Assembly (NCBI GenBank): GCA_019923695.1
Contig: JAHXGO010000004.1
Span: forward strand, 1-38,645
Direction: 5' to 3'
Source: Candidatus Liptonbacteria bacterium
Lineage (GTDB): Bacteria; Patescibacteriota; Minisyncoccia; UBA6257; Colwellbacteraceae
DNA length: 38,645 bases
Every line of letters begins with the position of its first letter. The first letter of the stretch is position 1. The translations under genes and the position numbers were made by a program. The notes beneath the pieces were generated by a model. It made no database searches. It worked only from the letters and a program-made list of their open reading frames with translations, and was not told the DNA's origin. Of the stretch, positions 17,217 to 25,651 are shown in pieces.

Positions 17217-18945
17217 CATTTTTTACTTCTTTTAATTTAAGTATTAGTTTTGAAATTTTTTGCTTATGGCCTCCGGACAATCTATGGCCTCCGGACAACC
17301 TATGGCCGGAGGACAATCTGTCGTCTATTTTACAAATGATTTTGATTGTTTGAAATTGGCCGCGGTTGTCGACGTTTGAGCTAACCCTTTTTACATTGAT
17401 ACGAGAATAAGAAATTGTTGTTAGGATATTTTTAAGTAATTCTGTTTTGTTTTCAGCCACGATTTTCAACTCTATTTGTTTTGGTTCTTGAGTTTTAAAC
17501 TGGCTGTTTTTTAAATTTTTTTTAATGCGATTTTTGACAGAAGCTTTTTTTACGAAATTAAGCCATGAAGCTGATGGTTTTTTTCCTTTTTGAATGATAA
17601 TTTCAACAATATCTCCTGATCTTAGTTCATACTCTAAGGGAACAATATGGTTATTAACTTTGGCTCCGACGCATTGATTGCCAATATCACTATGAATTTG
17701 ATAAGCAAAATCAATTGGTGTGGCGCCAGCTGGTAAATCAACAACCGTCCCTTTTGGCGTAATCGCAAAAATTCTGTCTTTAAAAAAATCTACTTTTAAG
17801 GAATCAATGAAGTCAGGGGAGTCTCCTGTTTCTTTTTGCCAATCGCGAAGTTTTTTGACCCATTCTATTTCTTTTTCCGGGGTTGATACGGATTTTTTTT
17901 CCAGATATTCTTTTGTTTCTTTTGTTTCAGAATATTTCCAAGAAGCGGCTTGTCCATGTTCAGCCTCCTCATGCATTTCCAAGGTTCTTATTTGAAATTC
18001 CACTATTTTTTGGTCAACACAAAAAACCGTTGTGTGGATACTTCGATAACCATTAGGTTTTGGCATAGCGATATAGTCTTTGATTCTTCCAGGCAGCGGC
18101 GGCCAAAGATTATGAATCAATCCTAAAGCGGCATAACAATCAGAAATAGTTTGGACGACTATTCTTAAGGCCACTAAATCATGGATTTTGCTTATATCCA
18201 TTTCATAACGAAGAAGTTTTTTGTAAAGACTAGCATATCTTTTCGCTCTAAAATCAATATGAATTGGTTTTATTCCTGCATTTTCAAGCGCTTTTATAAC
18301 CAAAGGCTTTATTCTTTTTAAATAATTTTCTCTTTCTGAATATTTTTCTTTAATATTATTAACTAACCACTGGTGTTCATTGGGATAAAGATAAGGGAAA
18401 GCTAAGTCTTCAAGTTCTCCGCTTAATTTATGCATTCCTAATCGGTAGGCTAAAGGAGCGTATATTTCATAAGTTTCCAAAGCAATGCGTTTCTGTTTTT
18501 CTGGAGACAGAGTTTTTAAGGTTTGCATATTGTGTAAACGGTCGCTAAGTTTGATAAAAACAACTCGGATATCTTCACTTAAAGCGATAATCAGCTTTTT
18601 AATGTTTTCTTTTTGGTTTTCTACTCCTCGATATTTTATTTTTCCAATTTTGGTTACTCCATCAATCAAAAAAGCTATTTGGTCTCCAAATTTTTTTCTT
18701 ATGTCTTCAAGGTTTGTGTTGGTATCTTCTATCGTGTCGTGAAGTAAGCCGGCAGCTATAGTTTGTTCATCTAAATTTAAATTAATCAAATTTTCCGCCA
18801 CTTTTAAGGGATGATTGAAATAAGGTTCGCCAGAAAGCCTTTTTTGTCCTTTATGAGCGTTTTCAGCGAAAAAATAAGCTTGGCTGATTAAGCTATTTGG
18901 GTTTTCTTTGATTAATTCTTTTATTGTTTGGGGCTTTGTTTCCAA
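17188..18945 (-). CDS. rel: bifunctional (p)ppGpp synthetase/hydrolase (long RSH, shortened C-terminus)
   Basis: HKGQKRLSGEPY, LLHDTIED, DRLHNM, KDYIAMPKPNGYRSIHT, EFQIRT, TGS TPIDFAYQIHS. Confidence 0.95.
   Translation of the reverse strand: METKPQTIKELIKENPNSLISQAYFFAENAHKGQKRLSGEPYFNHPLKVAENLINLNLDEQTIAAGLLHDTIEDTNTNLEDIRKKFGDQIAFLIDGVTKIGKIKYRGVENQKENIKKLIIALSEDIRVVFIKLSDRLHNMQTLKTLSPEKQKRIALETYEIYAPLAYRLGMHKLSGELEDLAFPYLYPNEHQWLVNNIKEKYSERENYLKRIKPLVIKALENAGIKPIHIDFRAKRYASLYKKLLRYEMDISKIHDLVALRIVVQTISDCYAALGLIHNLWPPLPGRIKDYIAMPKPNGYRSIHTTVFCVDQKIVEFQIRTLEMHEEAEHGQAASWKYSETKETKEYLEKKSVSTPEKEIEWVKKLRDWQKETGDSPDFIDSLKVDFFKDRIFAITPKGTVVDLPAGATPIDFAYQIHSDIGNQCVGAKVNNHIVPLEYELRSGDIVEIIIQKGKKPSASWLNFVKKASVKNRIKKNLKNSQFKTQEPKQIELKIVAENKTELLKNILTTISYSRINVKRVSSNVDNRGQFQTIKIICKIDDRLSSGHRLSGGHRLSGGHKQKISKLILKLKEVKNVKEIDYRFV
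17264..17317 (+). repeat. 3 x 18-bp repeat in frame in rel
   Basis: ttatggcctccggacaat-ctatggcctccggacaac-ctatggccggaggacaat = RLSSGH RLSGGH RLSGGH. Confidence 0.9.
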
Positions 18946-18980
18946 TTTTTTATAATTTAATATTAGCTGTTTTTTTTGGT

Positions 18981-19101
18981 TATAGCGAATTATAAGCTTA
19001 ATAGATTAAACTTATGGTTTATTATAGTGGGCGGCAGGCTGTTCGATATATTAAGTCTAGATTTATTATAATGAATCGCTTTTTATATATAATTCGTTAT
19101 A
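18981..19101 (+). repeat. array of 2-3 degenerate TATA-bounded repeats
   Basis: 19023-19070 tatagtgggcggcaggctgttcgatatattaagtctagatttattata aligns without gaps to 9246-9293; the flanking units also run TATA...TATA. Confidence 0.65.
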
Positions 19102-19300
19102 TAAAGGGGAAGAAATTTTTGCCGCTGGAGCAAAAATATTCTGGTTCTGAAAGACAATCTGTCCGAAAATGTAAACAACGCTCGGAATTCTTACAAATAA
19201 TATAACCTCAATGAGAAAAATTTATAATATTCTCGAAGTTTTTTTAATATAAAACCGACCGTTTAATGACTACAAAAAGATAATTTTGAAATTATGCTGA

Positions 19301-20341
19301 TTAAGTATGCCTTATAAAAACCACTTCTCCGTCCTTAATTTCATAGTCTCTGCCTTCCAGCCGAATAAACCCTTTATTTTTCCCTGCCTGCAAAGAACCA
19401 AGCTCAACCAACTTTTCCCAATCTATAATTTCAGCTTTAATAAAATTTTTCTCAAAATCAGTGTGAATAACACCGGCCGCGCAGCTCGCTTTAGTCCCCT
19501 TTTTAATTGTCCAAGCCCTGATCTCCTCGTCTCCAATAGTAAAAAAACTTATTAAATCCAAAAGATTGTAAGCGCTTTTTATTAAATCGTTCATTGGCGG
19601 ATTTTCGGCGAGATTTTTAACAATATAACCGACTTTCAAAAAATTTAACTTCTCCTTTAATTCAGGGGTTATGTCATTTTCCGATCCGTTTAAAAGATAA
19701 ATTTTTGGCTTGGCAGTTAAAAGATTAAGTTCTTTTAAAATTGCGGACTCGCGTGGAAAATCAAAATTACTTTGGTCAGAGGGTAACTCAACCAAAGTAT
19801 TTTTATTCAACCCATCCCGAACAATTTTTAAAATTTCTAAATCTTTAAATTGTCCTTTGGCTATAATTTTCTGTTTATCGCCGGTCTTAATTTCTTTTTC
19901 AAGACTATTTAACCTTTTATCAAGGGTTTCCAAATCTTTAAAAATCAATTCCGAATAAATAATTTCAATATCCCTTAAAGGATTTATATTTGCTTCAACA
20001 TGAGAAACTACTGGTTCGTTAAATAATCTAACCACTTCGATAATCGCATTAACCTCCCTAATATGAGATAAAAATTGATTGCCTAATCCTTCTCCTTTAT
20101 GAGCGTTCTTTACCAAACCAGCAATATCATAAAATTCAATTGTTATCGCTACTCTTTTTTTTAAAGGAAAAATATCGCCTAATTTATTAAGTCTTTCATC
20201 CGGAACAGTTACCGCTCCCCTATTAGGATTGATAGTGGTAAAAGCATAATTGGCGATATTAACCTCCTGACTGGTTAAAATTTTAAAAAGAGTTGATTTG
20301 CCGACATTCGGCAAACCGATTATTCCGACGGAAAGCTTCAT
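19301..20341 (-). CDS. ychF: ribosome-binding ATPase YchF
   Basis: GIIGLPNVGKSTLF, DIAGLV, GEGLGNQFLSHIR, AGVIHTDFE, EGRDYEIKDG. Confidence 0.96.
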   Translation of the reverse strand: MKLSVGIIGLPNVGKSTLFKILTSQEVNIANYAFTTINPNRGAVTVPDERLNKLGDIFPLKKRVAITIEFYDIAGLVKNAHKGEGLGNQFLSHIREVNAIIEVVRLFNEPVVSHVEANINPLRDIEIIYSELIFKDLETLDKRLNSLEKEIKTGDKQKIIAKGQFKDLEILKIVRDGLNKNTLVELPSDQSNFDFPRESAILKELNLLTAKPKIYLLNGSENDITPELKEKLNFLKVGYIVKNLAENPPMNDLIKSAYNLLDLISFFTIGDEEIRAWTIKKGTKASCAAGVIHTDFEKNFIKAEIIDWEKLVELGSLQAGKNKGFIRLEGRDYEIKDGEVVFIRHT

Positions 20342-20622
20342 CCCGTTAGAGACAGGAAGCGTTTTAATCTGTTTTTGAGATAGCGCTTACCCATGCCCGA
20401 TTTAAAATATTTCTCTCTCGACCTTGCGTCAGTAATGTTTTTGCAAGCTTCATAGTAAATAAGTTCAAAAGGACCCCGATTTTTAGTCCAACCAATGACG
20501 TTTTTATTATGCTGATTAAAACGCTTCCGTAAATCAACGGTAAATCCTGTATACCAATACCTATCCTTCTGACTTTGTAAAATATAGACATAATAGAATT
20601 GATTGTCTCTAACGGGATTCAT
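20338..20622 (-). CDS. small GIY-YIG endonuclease
   Basis: YVYIL...WYTG...KRFNQHN...TK.RGPFELIYYEA...REKYFKSG. Confidence 0.9.
   Translation of the reverse strand: MNPVRDNQFYYVYILQSQKDRYWYTGFTVDLRKRFNQHNKNVIGWTKNRGPFELIYYEACKNITDARSREKYFKSGMGKRYLKNRLKRFLSLTG
20341..20617 (-). mobile_element. TIR-bounded GIY-YIG cassette with 4-bp direct repeats
   Basis: TTCA[TCCCGTTAGAGACA...TGTCTCTAACGGGA]TTCA. Confidence 0.8.
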
Positions 20623-20630
20623 TAAGAATA

Positions 20631-20659
20631 ATTGTAGAAAAATATAAAAAAATTGGCAA
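20631..20659 (-). promoter_or_regulatory. promoter for GIY-YIG/ychF
   Basis: TTGCCA-17-TACAAT, 8 nt before ATG 20622. Confidence 0.6.
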
Positions 20660-20719
20660 AGAATTTTACCTTGTGAAAAAAATCAGCAACTAACTGGCTG
20701 ATAATTTTCCTATTCCAAG

Positions 20720-20871
20720 CCGATAACTATCAATAAATTTATTAAGAGTCTCGAAAAATTAAATCGATTTTGTTCCATAAATTTCGGTGTCTTTTTATAT
20801 TGCAGAACCAATACCCTTTCGGTGTCATTTTATGATATTAAATGCGGCGCAAAATTGGGTGGTCTCATACA
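20720..20871 (-). mobile_element. left end and decayed 5' fragment of an IS (IS481/IS1202-like, tentative)
   Basis: Minus strand starts TGTATGAGACCACCCAATTTTGCG, has two GACACCGAAA boxes, then MEQNRF../FETLNKFIDSY; parts are repeated at 1844 and 12669. Confidence 0.5.
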
Positions 20872-20876
20872 TAAAC

Positions 20877-20906
20877 TTGATATATTAAAGCAAGGTTTGC
20901 TATAAT
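20877..20906 (+). promoter_or_regulatory. serS promoter overlapping a GATATAT-repeat remnant
   Basis: TTGATA-18-TATAAT, with an extended -10 TGn. Confidence 0.55.
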
Positions 20907-20939
20907 TAAAATATATATTAAAAATATATTTTTAAAACA

Positions 20940-22235
20940 ATGCTTGATGTAAATTTAATAAGGGAGTTCCCCAACAAAGTAAAAGAATCCATAAAAAAAA
21001 GAGGAGAAGATGAAGGCGTTGTTGATCAATTTTTAAAAATTGATCAACAATGGCGTTTATTAAAAGCGCAAATTGATGACTTAAAATCTCAACAAAAAAA
21101 ATTAGGTTCTAATCAAAGAGAAGAGGCAAAAAAAATTAAAGAAAAAATACAAGCCGAAGACAACAAAGTTTCTTGTTTAGAAAAAGAAAGAGAACTTTTA
21201 CATTATCAAATGTCTAATTTGACGCAAGATGATGTGCCAATAGGAAAAGATGAAAAAGAGAATGTTGTTATCAAAGAATGGGGAAACAAACCACAGTTCG
21301 ATTTCAAACCAAAAGATTATATGGAAATTGCGGAAAATCTTGATTTAATTGATGTTAAAAGAGCGGCAAAAATTTCAGGAGCTCGTTTTGGATTTATAAA
21401 AAAAGAGGCAGTTTTTTTAGAGTTGGCTTTGATAAACTTCGCTTTTGATATTTTATCGAAACAAAGTTTTGTGCCGATCGTTCCGCCAGTGATGATAAAG
21501 TCTGAAATGATGGGTAAAATGGGATACTTAAAAAAAACCCAAGACCTTCCCGCAAAATGGGAAAACGAAGAAGTCTATTTTTTAAGGGACGATGATTTAA
21601 TTTTAGTCGGGACATCCGAACAATCAATAGGATCAATGCACGCTGATGAAGTTTTTGAAAAAAATGATTTGCCAAAAAGATACGCCGGATTTTCTACTTG
21701 TTTTAGAAGAGAGGCAGGAGCGTATGGCAAAGATACAAAAGGAATTTTGAGAGTTCACCAGTTTGATAAAATTGAAATGTTTAGTTTCTGTCAACCCCAA
21801 GATTCAAAAGAAGAACATAATCTTTTACTCCAGACAGAAGAAAAATTAATGCAACTTTTAAACATTCCTTATCGAGTCGTAAAAATATGCAGCGGTGATT
21901 TAGGTAGCCCTGCTGCGGCAAAATACGATATTGAAGCCTGGCTCCCGGGGCAACCCTCAACAAATTCTGGTCAAGGAACCTATCGTGAAACCCACTCAAC
22001 CTCTAACTGCACTGACTTTCAGGCAAGACGACTTAATATCCGTTATCGTGACCTCAAAACTAATAAATTGGAATTTGTTCATACTTTAAACGGAACTGCT
22101 CTTGCTATTGGCAGAACATTAATCGCTATTATTGAAAATTACCAGACAGCTGAAGGAAATTTTGTCGTCCCTGAAGTTTTAAGAAAATATTTTGATGGGT
22201 TATCTTTTGATCATAAAAAAGTGATTAAAAATTAA
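20940..22235 (+). CDS. serS: seryl-tRNA synthetase
   Basis: SGARF, GTSEQ, CFRREAG, RVHQFDKIE, SNCTDFQARRL, HTLNGT. Confidence 0.98.
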   Translation: MLDVNLIREFPNKVKESIKKRGEDEGVVDQFLKIDQQWRLLKAQIDDLKSQQKKLGSNQREEAKKIKEKIQAEDNKVSCLEKERELLHYQMSNLTQDDVPIGKDEKENVVIKEWGNKPQFDFKPKDYMEIAENLDLIDVKRAAKISGARFGFIKKEAVFLELALINFAFDILSKQSFVPIVPPVMIKSEMMGKMGYLKKTQDLPAKWENEEVYFLRDDDLILVGTSEQSIGSMHADEVFEKNDLPKRYAGFSTCFRREAGAYGKDTKGILRVHQFDKIEMFSFCQPQDSKEEHNLLLQTEEKLMQLLNIPYRVVKICSGDLGSPAAAKYDIEAWLPGQPSTNSGQGTYRETHSTSNCTDFQARRLNIRYRDLKTNKLEFVHTLNGTALAIGRTLIAIIENYQTAEGNFVVPEVLRKYFDGLSFDHKKVIKN

Positions 22236-22259
22236 ACAAAGTAAAAGATAAAAAACTTC

Positions 22260-22367
22260 TTTTGGCTAAAAGATAATTTACGACCGCAGGACAATTTATA
22301 ACCGCAGAACAATCTATGACCAAAGGATAATTTATGGTCACAAAATAATTTATGATCAAAAGACAGT
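22260..22367 (+). repeat. 6 x 18-bp tandem array of the same family as the rel repeat
   Basis: ttttggctaaaagataat ttacgaccgcaggacaat ttataaccgcagaacaat ctatgaccaaaggataat ttatggtcacaaaataat ttatgatcaaaagacagt. Confidence 0.85.
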
Positions 22368-22954
22368 CTAAGTTTTTTCTTTTGTTTTTTTTAACTATTT
22401 TTCTTCTGATAGTTGTTTGGTTTTTTCTTTCTGAATTAAATTTTTTAAAATTTAATTTAAATTTAGAGGGAGTGGAAATAGCGTCTTTTTTAAAAAATAA
22501 ATTATCCTTACAACAAAAATCGGAAAAACCTCAAAGCTTTAGAGAAATTATTTGGTGCGGAAAAGAATGTTTTTGGTTGAGTAAAAACGGTATTCTTTTA
22601 GAACCCGCTCCCTTCTCCGAAGGATTGATTATCCCGGTCATTATTGAAAAAACAGAAAGAGCCCTTTTACTTAACGATGAAGCCTTTAATGAAACCCAAG
22701 CCAAGACAATATATAATATTGTTTCTTTTTTGAATCAACTTGAGTTATCTTTTGATAAGATAAAAATAAACGATTTTATTTCTGAAGAAGTTATTGTGGA
22801 TTTAAAAGACGGACCGATAATTTATTTCAGTCTCAAATTTTCTCCAGACTTTGCAACTTCAACCGTAAAATCTTTGAAAAATTCAGTTAATTGGCGAAAG
22901 ATTCAACACATTAACTTAACTGTTGAAAATAGATTGTACTATAGCAAATTATAG
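22352..22954 (+). CDS. single-pass membrane protein, FtsQ/DivIB-like
   Basis: N-terminal TM; WC...CFWLSKNG; C-terminal HINLTVENRLYY resembles the FtsQ YIDLR..RVYY motif. Confidence 0.65.
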   Translation: MIKRQSKFFLLFFLTIFLLIVVWFFLSELNFLKFNLNLEGVEIASFLKNKLSLQQKSEKPQSFREIIWCGKECFWLSKNGILLEPAPFSEGLIIPVIIEKTERALLLNDEAFNETQAKTIYNIVSFLNQLELSFDKIKINDFISEEVIVDLKDGPIIYFSLKFSPDFATSTVKSLKNSVNWRKIQHINLTVENRLYYSKL

Positions 22955-22996
22955 TGAGTTCGGAATTTTAATATATCAAAATTTCGCTCTAATATA
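22950..22996 (-). repeat. TATA-bounded repeat between convergent genes
   Basis: Reverse complement tatattagagcgaaattttgatatattaaaattccgaactcactata. Confidence 0.65.
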
Positions 22997-23007
22997 CACC
23001 AAAAAAA

Positions 23008-24342
23008 TTAATCTTTTTGTTTTAAGGTTGGAAAAATAATAGTTTCTTTTACTGGTTTTTTGGTTAATAAAGCTATTAAACGATCAACGCCTAATCCTAA
23101 GCCAGCGGCTGGCGGCATTCCGTATTCTAAGGCTTCTAAAAATTCATTATCCAAACGAGAAGCTTCAAGATTGCCGGCCCGGTAAAGGTTTTCTTGTTCT
23201 TCCATCCTTTCCCTTTGGTCAATCGGATCGTTTAGTTCAGAAAAAGCATTTACAACTTCCATCCCGTCAACAATGAGGTGAAACCTATCCGCTAATTCAG
23301 AATCTTCTTCCGAAGACTTAGCAAGAGGAGAAATAACTTTTGGATGTTTAATAACAAAAGTTGGGGTTTTGATTTTTGGTCTAACCTTTTTTTTGAATAT
23401 TTCATCGATTTTATCAGGGTCTATTTTTTTGACATCCTGACCGGCATATTTTTTAATCAAGTCACTATAAGTAATTTTTTGATAAGGACCGGGAATAAAT
23501 TTTTTTAATAACCTCTCGGTAAATTTCATTAATCCTTCATAATCTTGATAAGTCCAATATAATTCCAACATTGTAAATTCAGGATTATGTTCTTTACTTA
23601 TCCCTTCATTTCTAAAAACCCGGCCAATTTCAAAAATTTTATTAAATCCTCCCACTAATAATCGTTTAAGATAAAGCTCTGGAGCGATTCTTAAATAAAC
23701 ATCTTCATTTAAAGCATTATAATGAGTAATAAAGGGCCTTGCCAAAGCGCCCCCGGGAATCGGCTGAAGAATCGGCGTTTCAACTTCGGTAAATCCTTCA
23801 AACCACAATTTTTCCCTTAAATCTCTGATTATTTTAGAACGCAAGGTAATAATCTCTTTTACTTCGGGATTAAAAATCATATCAAGATATCTTTTTCTAA
23901 AACGGTCCTCCGTATCTTTTAAACCATGCCAAACCGAAGGAAGAGGCTTTAATGATTTAACAATAATTTTAGCAAAAAAAGCTTCGACGCTTTTTTCACC
24001 TTTTTTTGTCTTAAAAACCTGCCCGCCAACTTCCAAAAAATCGCCGATATCAATGACTTCTTTTAAAAAATTAAAATCTTTTAAATTTTTTTTGCTTAAA
24101 ACAATCTGGATTTTCCCAGTGCCATCATATACATCCATAAAGACTAAAGAGCCAATATCTCTTAAAGAAAGGATTCTGCCGGCCAACCAAACTTTCTTTT
24201 TTGATTTACTTAAACCGCTAAAATCACTCAATAAACTGATGATGTTGTGAGTGATTTGCGTTTTTGCGGGATATGGATTAAAACCAGTCTTTTTGATTAA
24301 ACTAAGTTTCTTTTTTCTAACTTCAATAATATCTTTAAGCAT
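23008..24342 (-). CDS. lysS: lysyl-tRNA synthetase (class II, compact)
   Basis: RKRYLD, GGALARPFITH, YLRIAPELYLKRL, FRNEG, HNPEFTMLE, YGMPPAAGLGLGVDRL. Confidence 0.98.
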   Translation of the reverse strand: MLKDIIEVRKKKLSLIKKTGFNPYPAKTQITHNIISLLSDFSGLSKSKKKVWLAGRILSLRDIGSLVFMDVYDGTGKIQIVLSKKNLKDFNFLKEVIDIGDFLEVGGQVFKTKKGEKSVEAFFAKIIVKSLKPLPSVWHGLKDTEDRFRKRYLDMIFNPEVKEIITLRSKIIRDLREKLWFEGFTEVETPILQPIPGGALARPFITHYNALNEDVYLRIAPELYLKRLLVGGFNKIFEIGRVFRNEGISKEHNPEFTMLELYWTYQDYEGLMKFTERLLKKFIPGPYQKITYSDLIKKYAGQDVKKIDPDKIDEIFKKKVRPKIKTPTFVIKHPKVISPLAKSSEEDSELADRFHLIVDGMEVVNAFSELNDPIDQRERMEEQENLYRAGNLEASRLDNEFLEALEYGMPPAAGLGLGVDRLIALLTKKPVKETIIFPTLKQKD

Positions 24343-24798
24343 CTATTCAATTTTAACAATTTTATAGATAATTTCGCCAGAGATGGTTTTAACAATTATT
24401 TTTTCTCCAACCTTTTTTCCAAGTAAGGCCAAACCAAGCGGAGATTCGTTTGAAATTAAGCCAGTTTCGGGGTTAGCTTCTGCTGATCCAATAATAACAA
24501 ATTTTCTTTTTTGTCCATTTTTTTCCACTTCAACGGTCGATCCTATTTCAACAATCCCCGTTTGATGTTTCTTTTTTATAATAACCGCATTCTTGATAAT
24601 ATCTTCAAGCTTAATAATTTGCATTTCCAGTTCCTCTTTTTTTTCTATTGCTTCAGAATATTCAGCATTTTCAGATAAATCGCCGTATTCTTTGGCTTTT
24701 TTTAATTTTTCAGCAACCTCAATTCTTTTAACTGTTTTAAGTTCTTTAATTGCTTCTTTTAAACTCTCAAGTTTCTCTTTAGAAAGATATTGAATCAT
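24343..24798 (-). CDS. greA: transcription elongation factor GreA
   Basis: GDLSENAEY, ISNESPLGLALLGKKVG. Confidence 0.97.
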   Translation of the reverse strand: MIQYLSKEKLESLKEAIKELKTVKRIEVAEKLKKAKEYGDLSENAEYSEAIEKKEELEMQIIKLEDIIKNAVIIKKKHQTGIVEIGSTVEVEKNGQKRKFVIIGSAEANPETGLISNESPLGLALLGKKVGEKIIVKTISGEIIYKIVKIE

Positions 24799-24837
24799 TT
24801 TAATATAAATACTTTATTCTGTCGACGATGGCTGGTT

Positions 24838-24865
24838 ATTATAACGCAGTTTCTAAAATTTACAA
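24838..24865 (-). promoter_or_regulatory. candidate promoter for greA-lysS
   Basis: TTGTAA-16-TATAAT. Confidence 0.4.
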
Positions 24866-25129
24866 ATATGCTAAAATTAAAAAATAAACTTTAAAAAAAC
24901 CTCATAAAACCTGCATAAAACAAAATTTTTTAATTTCAATTTTTGATAACGAGCGATATATCATAATCATTCTATTCACCATAGGGAAATGAAAAAAATA
25001 ACCACTTTTAAAGAAAAACCAACTTCAAAAATCAAAATCTCGAAATTTAAAAAATCTTACCAAATTAAAACAAAGGGCTCTCTTTTTTAATAACAAATCT
25101 TAAGTTTAATCTGTGAAACGCTCTATTTA

Positions 25130-25651
25130 TTATCGTTTTGCCCATTGAGGAGCTCGTCTTGCTTTTTTTAAACCGTATTTCTTTCTCTCAACCATTCTAG
25201 AATCACGAGTAAGGAACCCTTCCTTTCTTAAAATCTGTCTTAAGTTTTCCTTTAACCATATAGAAGGATCAATTTTAAGCAGAGCTCTTGCAATCCCTAA
25301 AGAAATCGCATCAGCCTGCGCTTCTAATCCTCCTCCTTTAACCTTTATGGATATAGACGCAAACTTATCTTTAGCCTCTACCTTTAAAAGAGGGGCTAAG
25401 ATTTTTTTTCTTTGACGTTCGGTTTGAAAATATTCCTGATAAGACAATTTATTTACTACAATCCCTGTTTTTTCTTTGGAATTAACATAAATTCTTACCC
25501 GACTGACAGCGGTTTTTCTTCTCCCAACTCCTTCAAAATATTTTAACTCTTTAAGTTCTTTAACTGACGCTTTAGATTCTTTAACCAACGCTTTGGTTTT
25601 TTTAATCGACGCCTTAGGTTTTTTAACTAACGCTTTAACTTCTTTAGTCAT
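25130..25651 (-). CDS. rpsI: 30S ribosomal protein S9 with repetitive N-terminal extension
   Basis: GRRKTAVSRV, GGG, LTRDSRMVERKKYGLKKARRAPQWAKR. Confidence 0.97.
   Translation of the reverse strand: MTKEVKALVKKPKASIKKTKALVKESKASVKELKELKYFEGVGRRKTAVSRVRIYVNSKEKTGIVVNKLSYQEYFQTERQRKKILAPLLKVEAKDKFASISIKVKGGGLEAQADAISLGIARALLKIDPSIWLKENLRQILRKEGFLTRDSRMVERKKYGLKKARRAPQWAKR
25553..25636 (-). repeat. 4 x 21-bp tandem repeat in rpsI
   Basis: KALVKKP KASIKKT KALVKES KASVKEL. Confidence 0.8.

Noticed and set aside
19014..19205. 63-aa ORF between rel and ychF
   Set aside because: Largely translated degenerate repeats
22260..22367. Tandem array as a CRISPR array
   Set aside because: 18-bp head-to-tail units with no spacers, and no cas operon
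24945..24985. Another TATA-family copy (CGATATATC)
   Set aside because: Only the core matches; the flanks do not align
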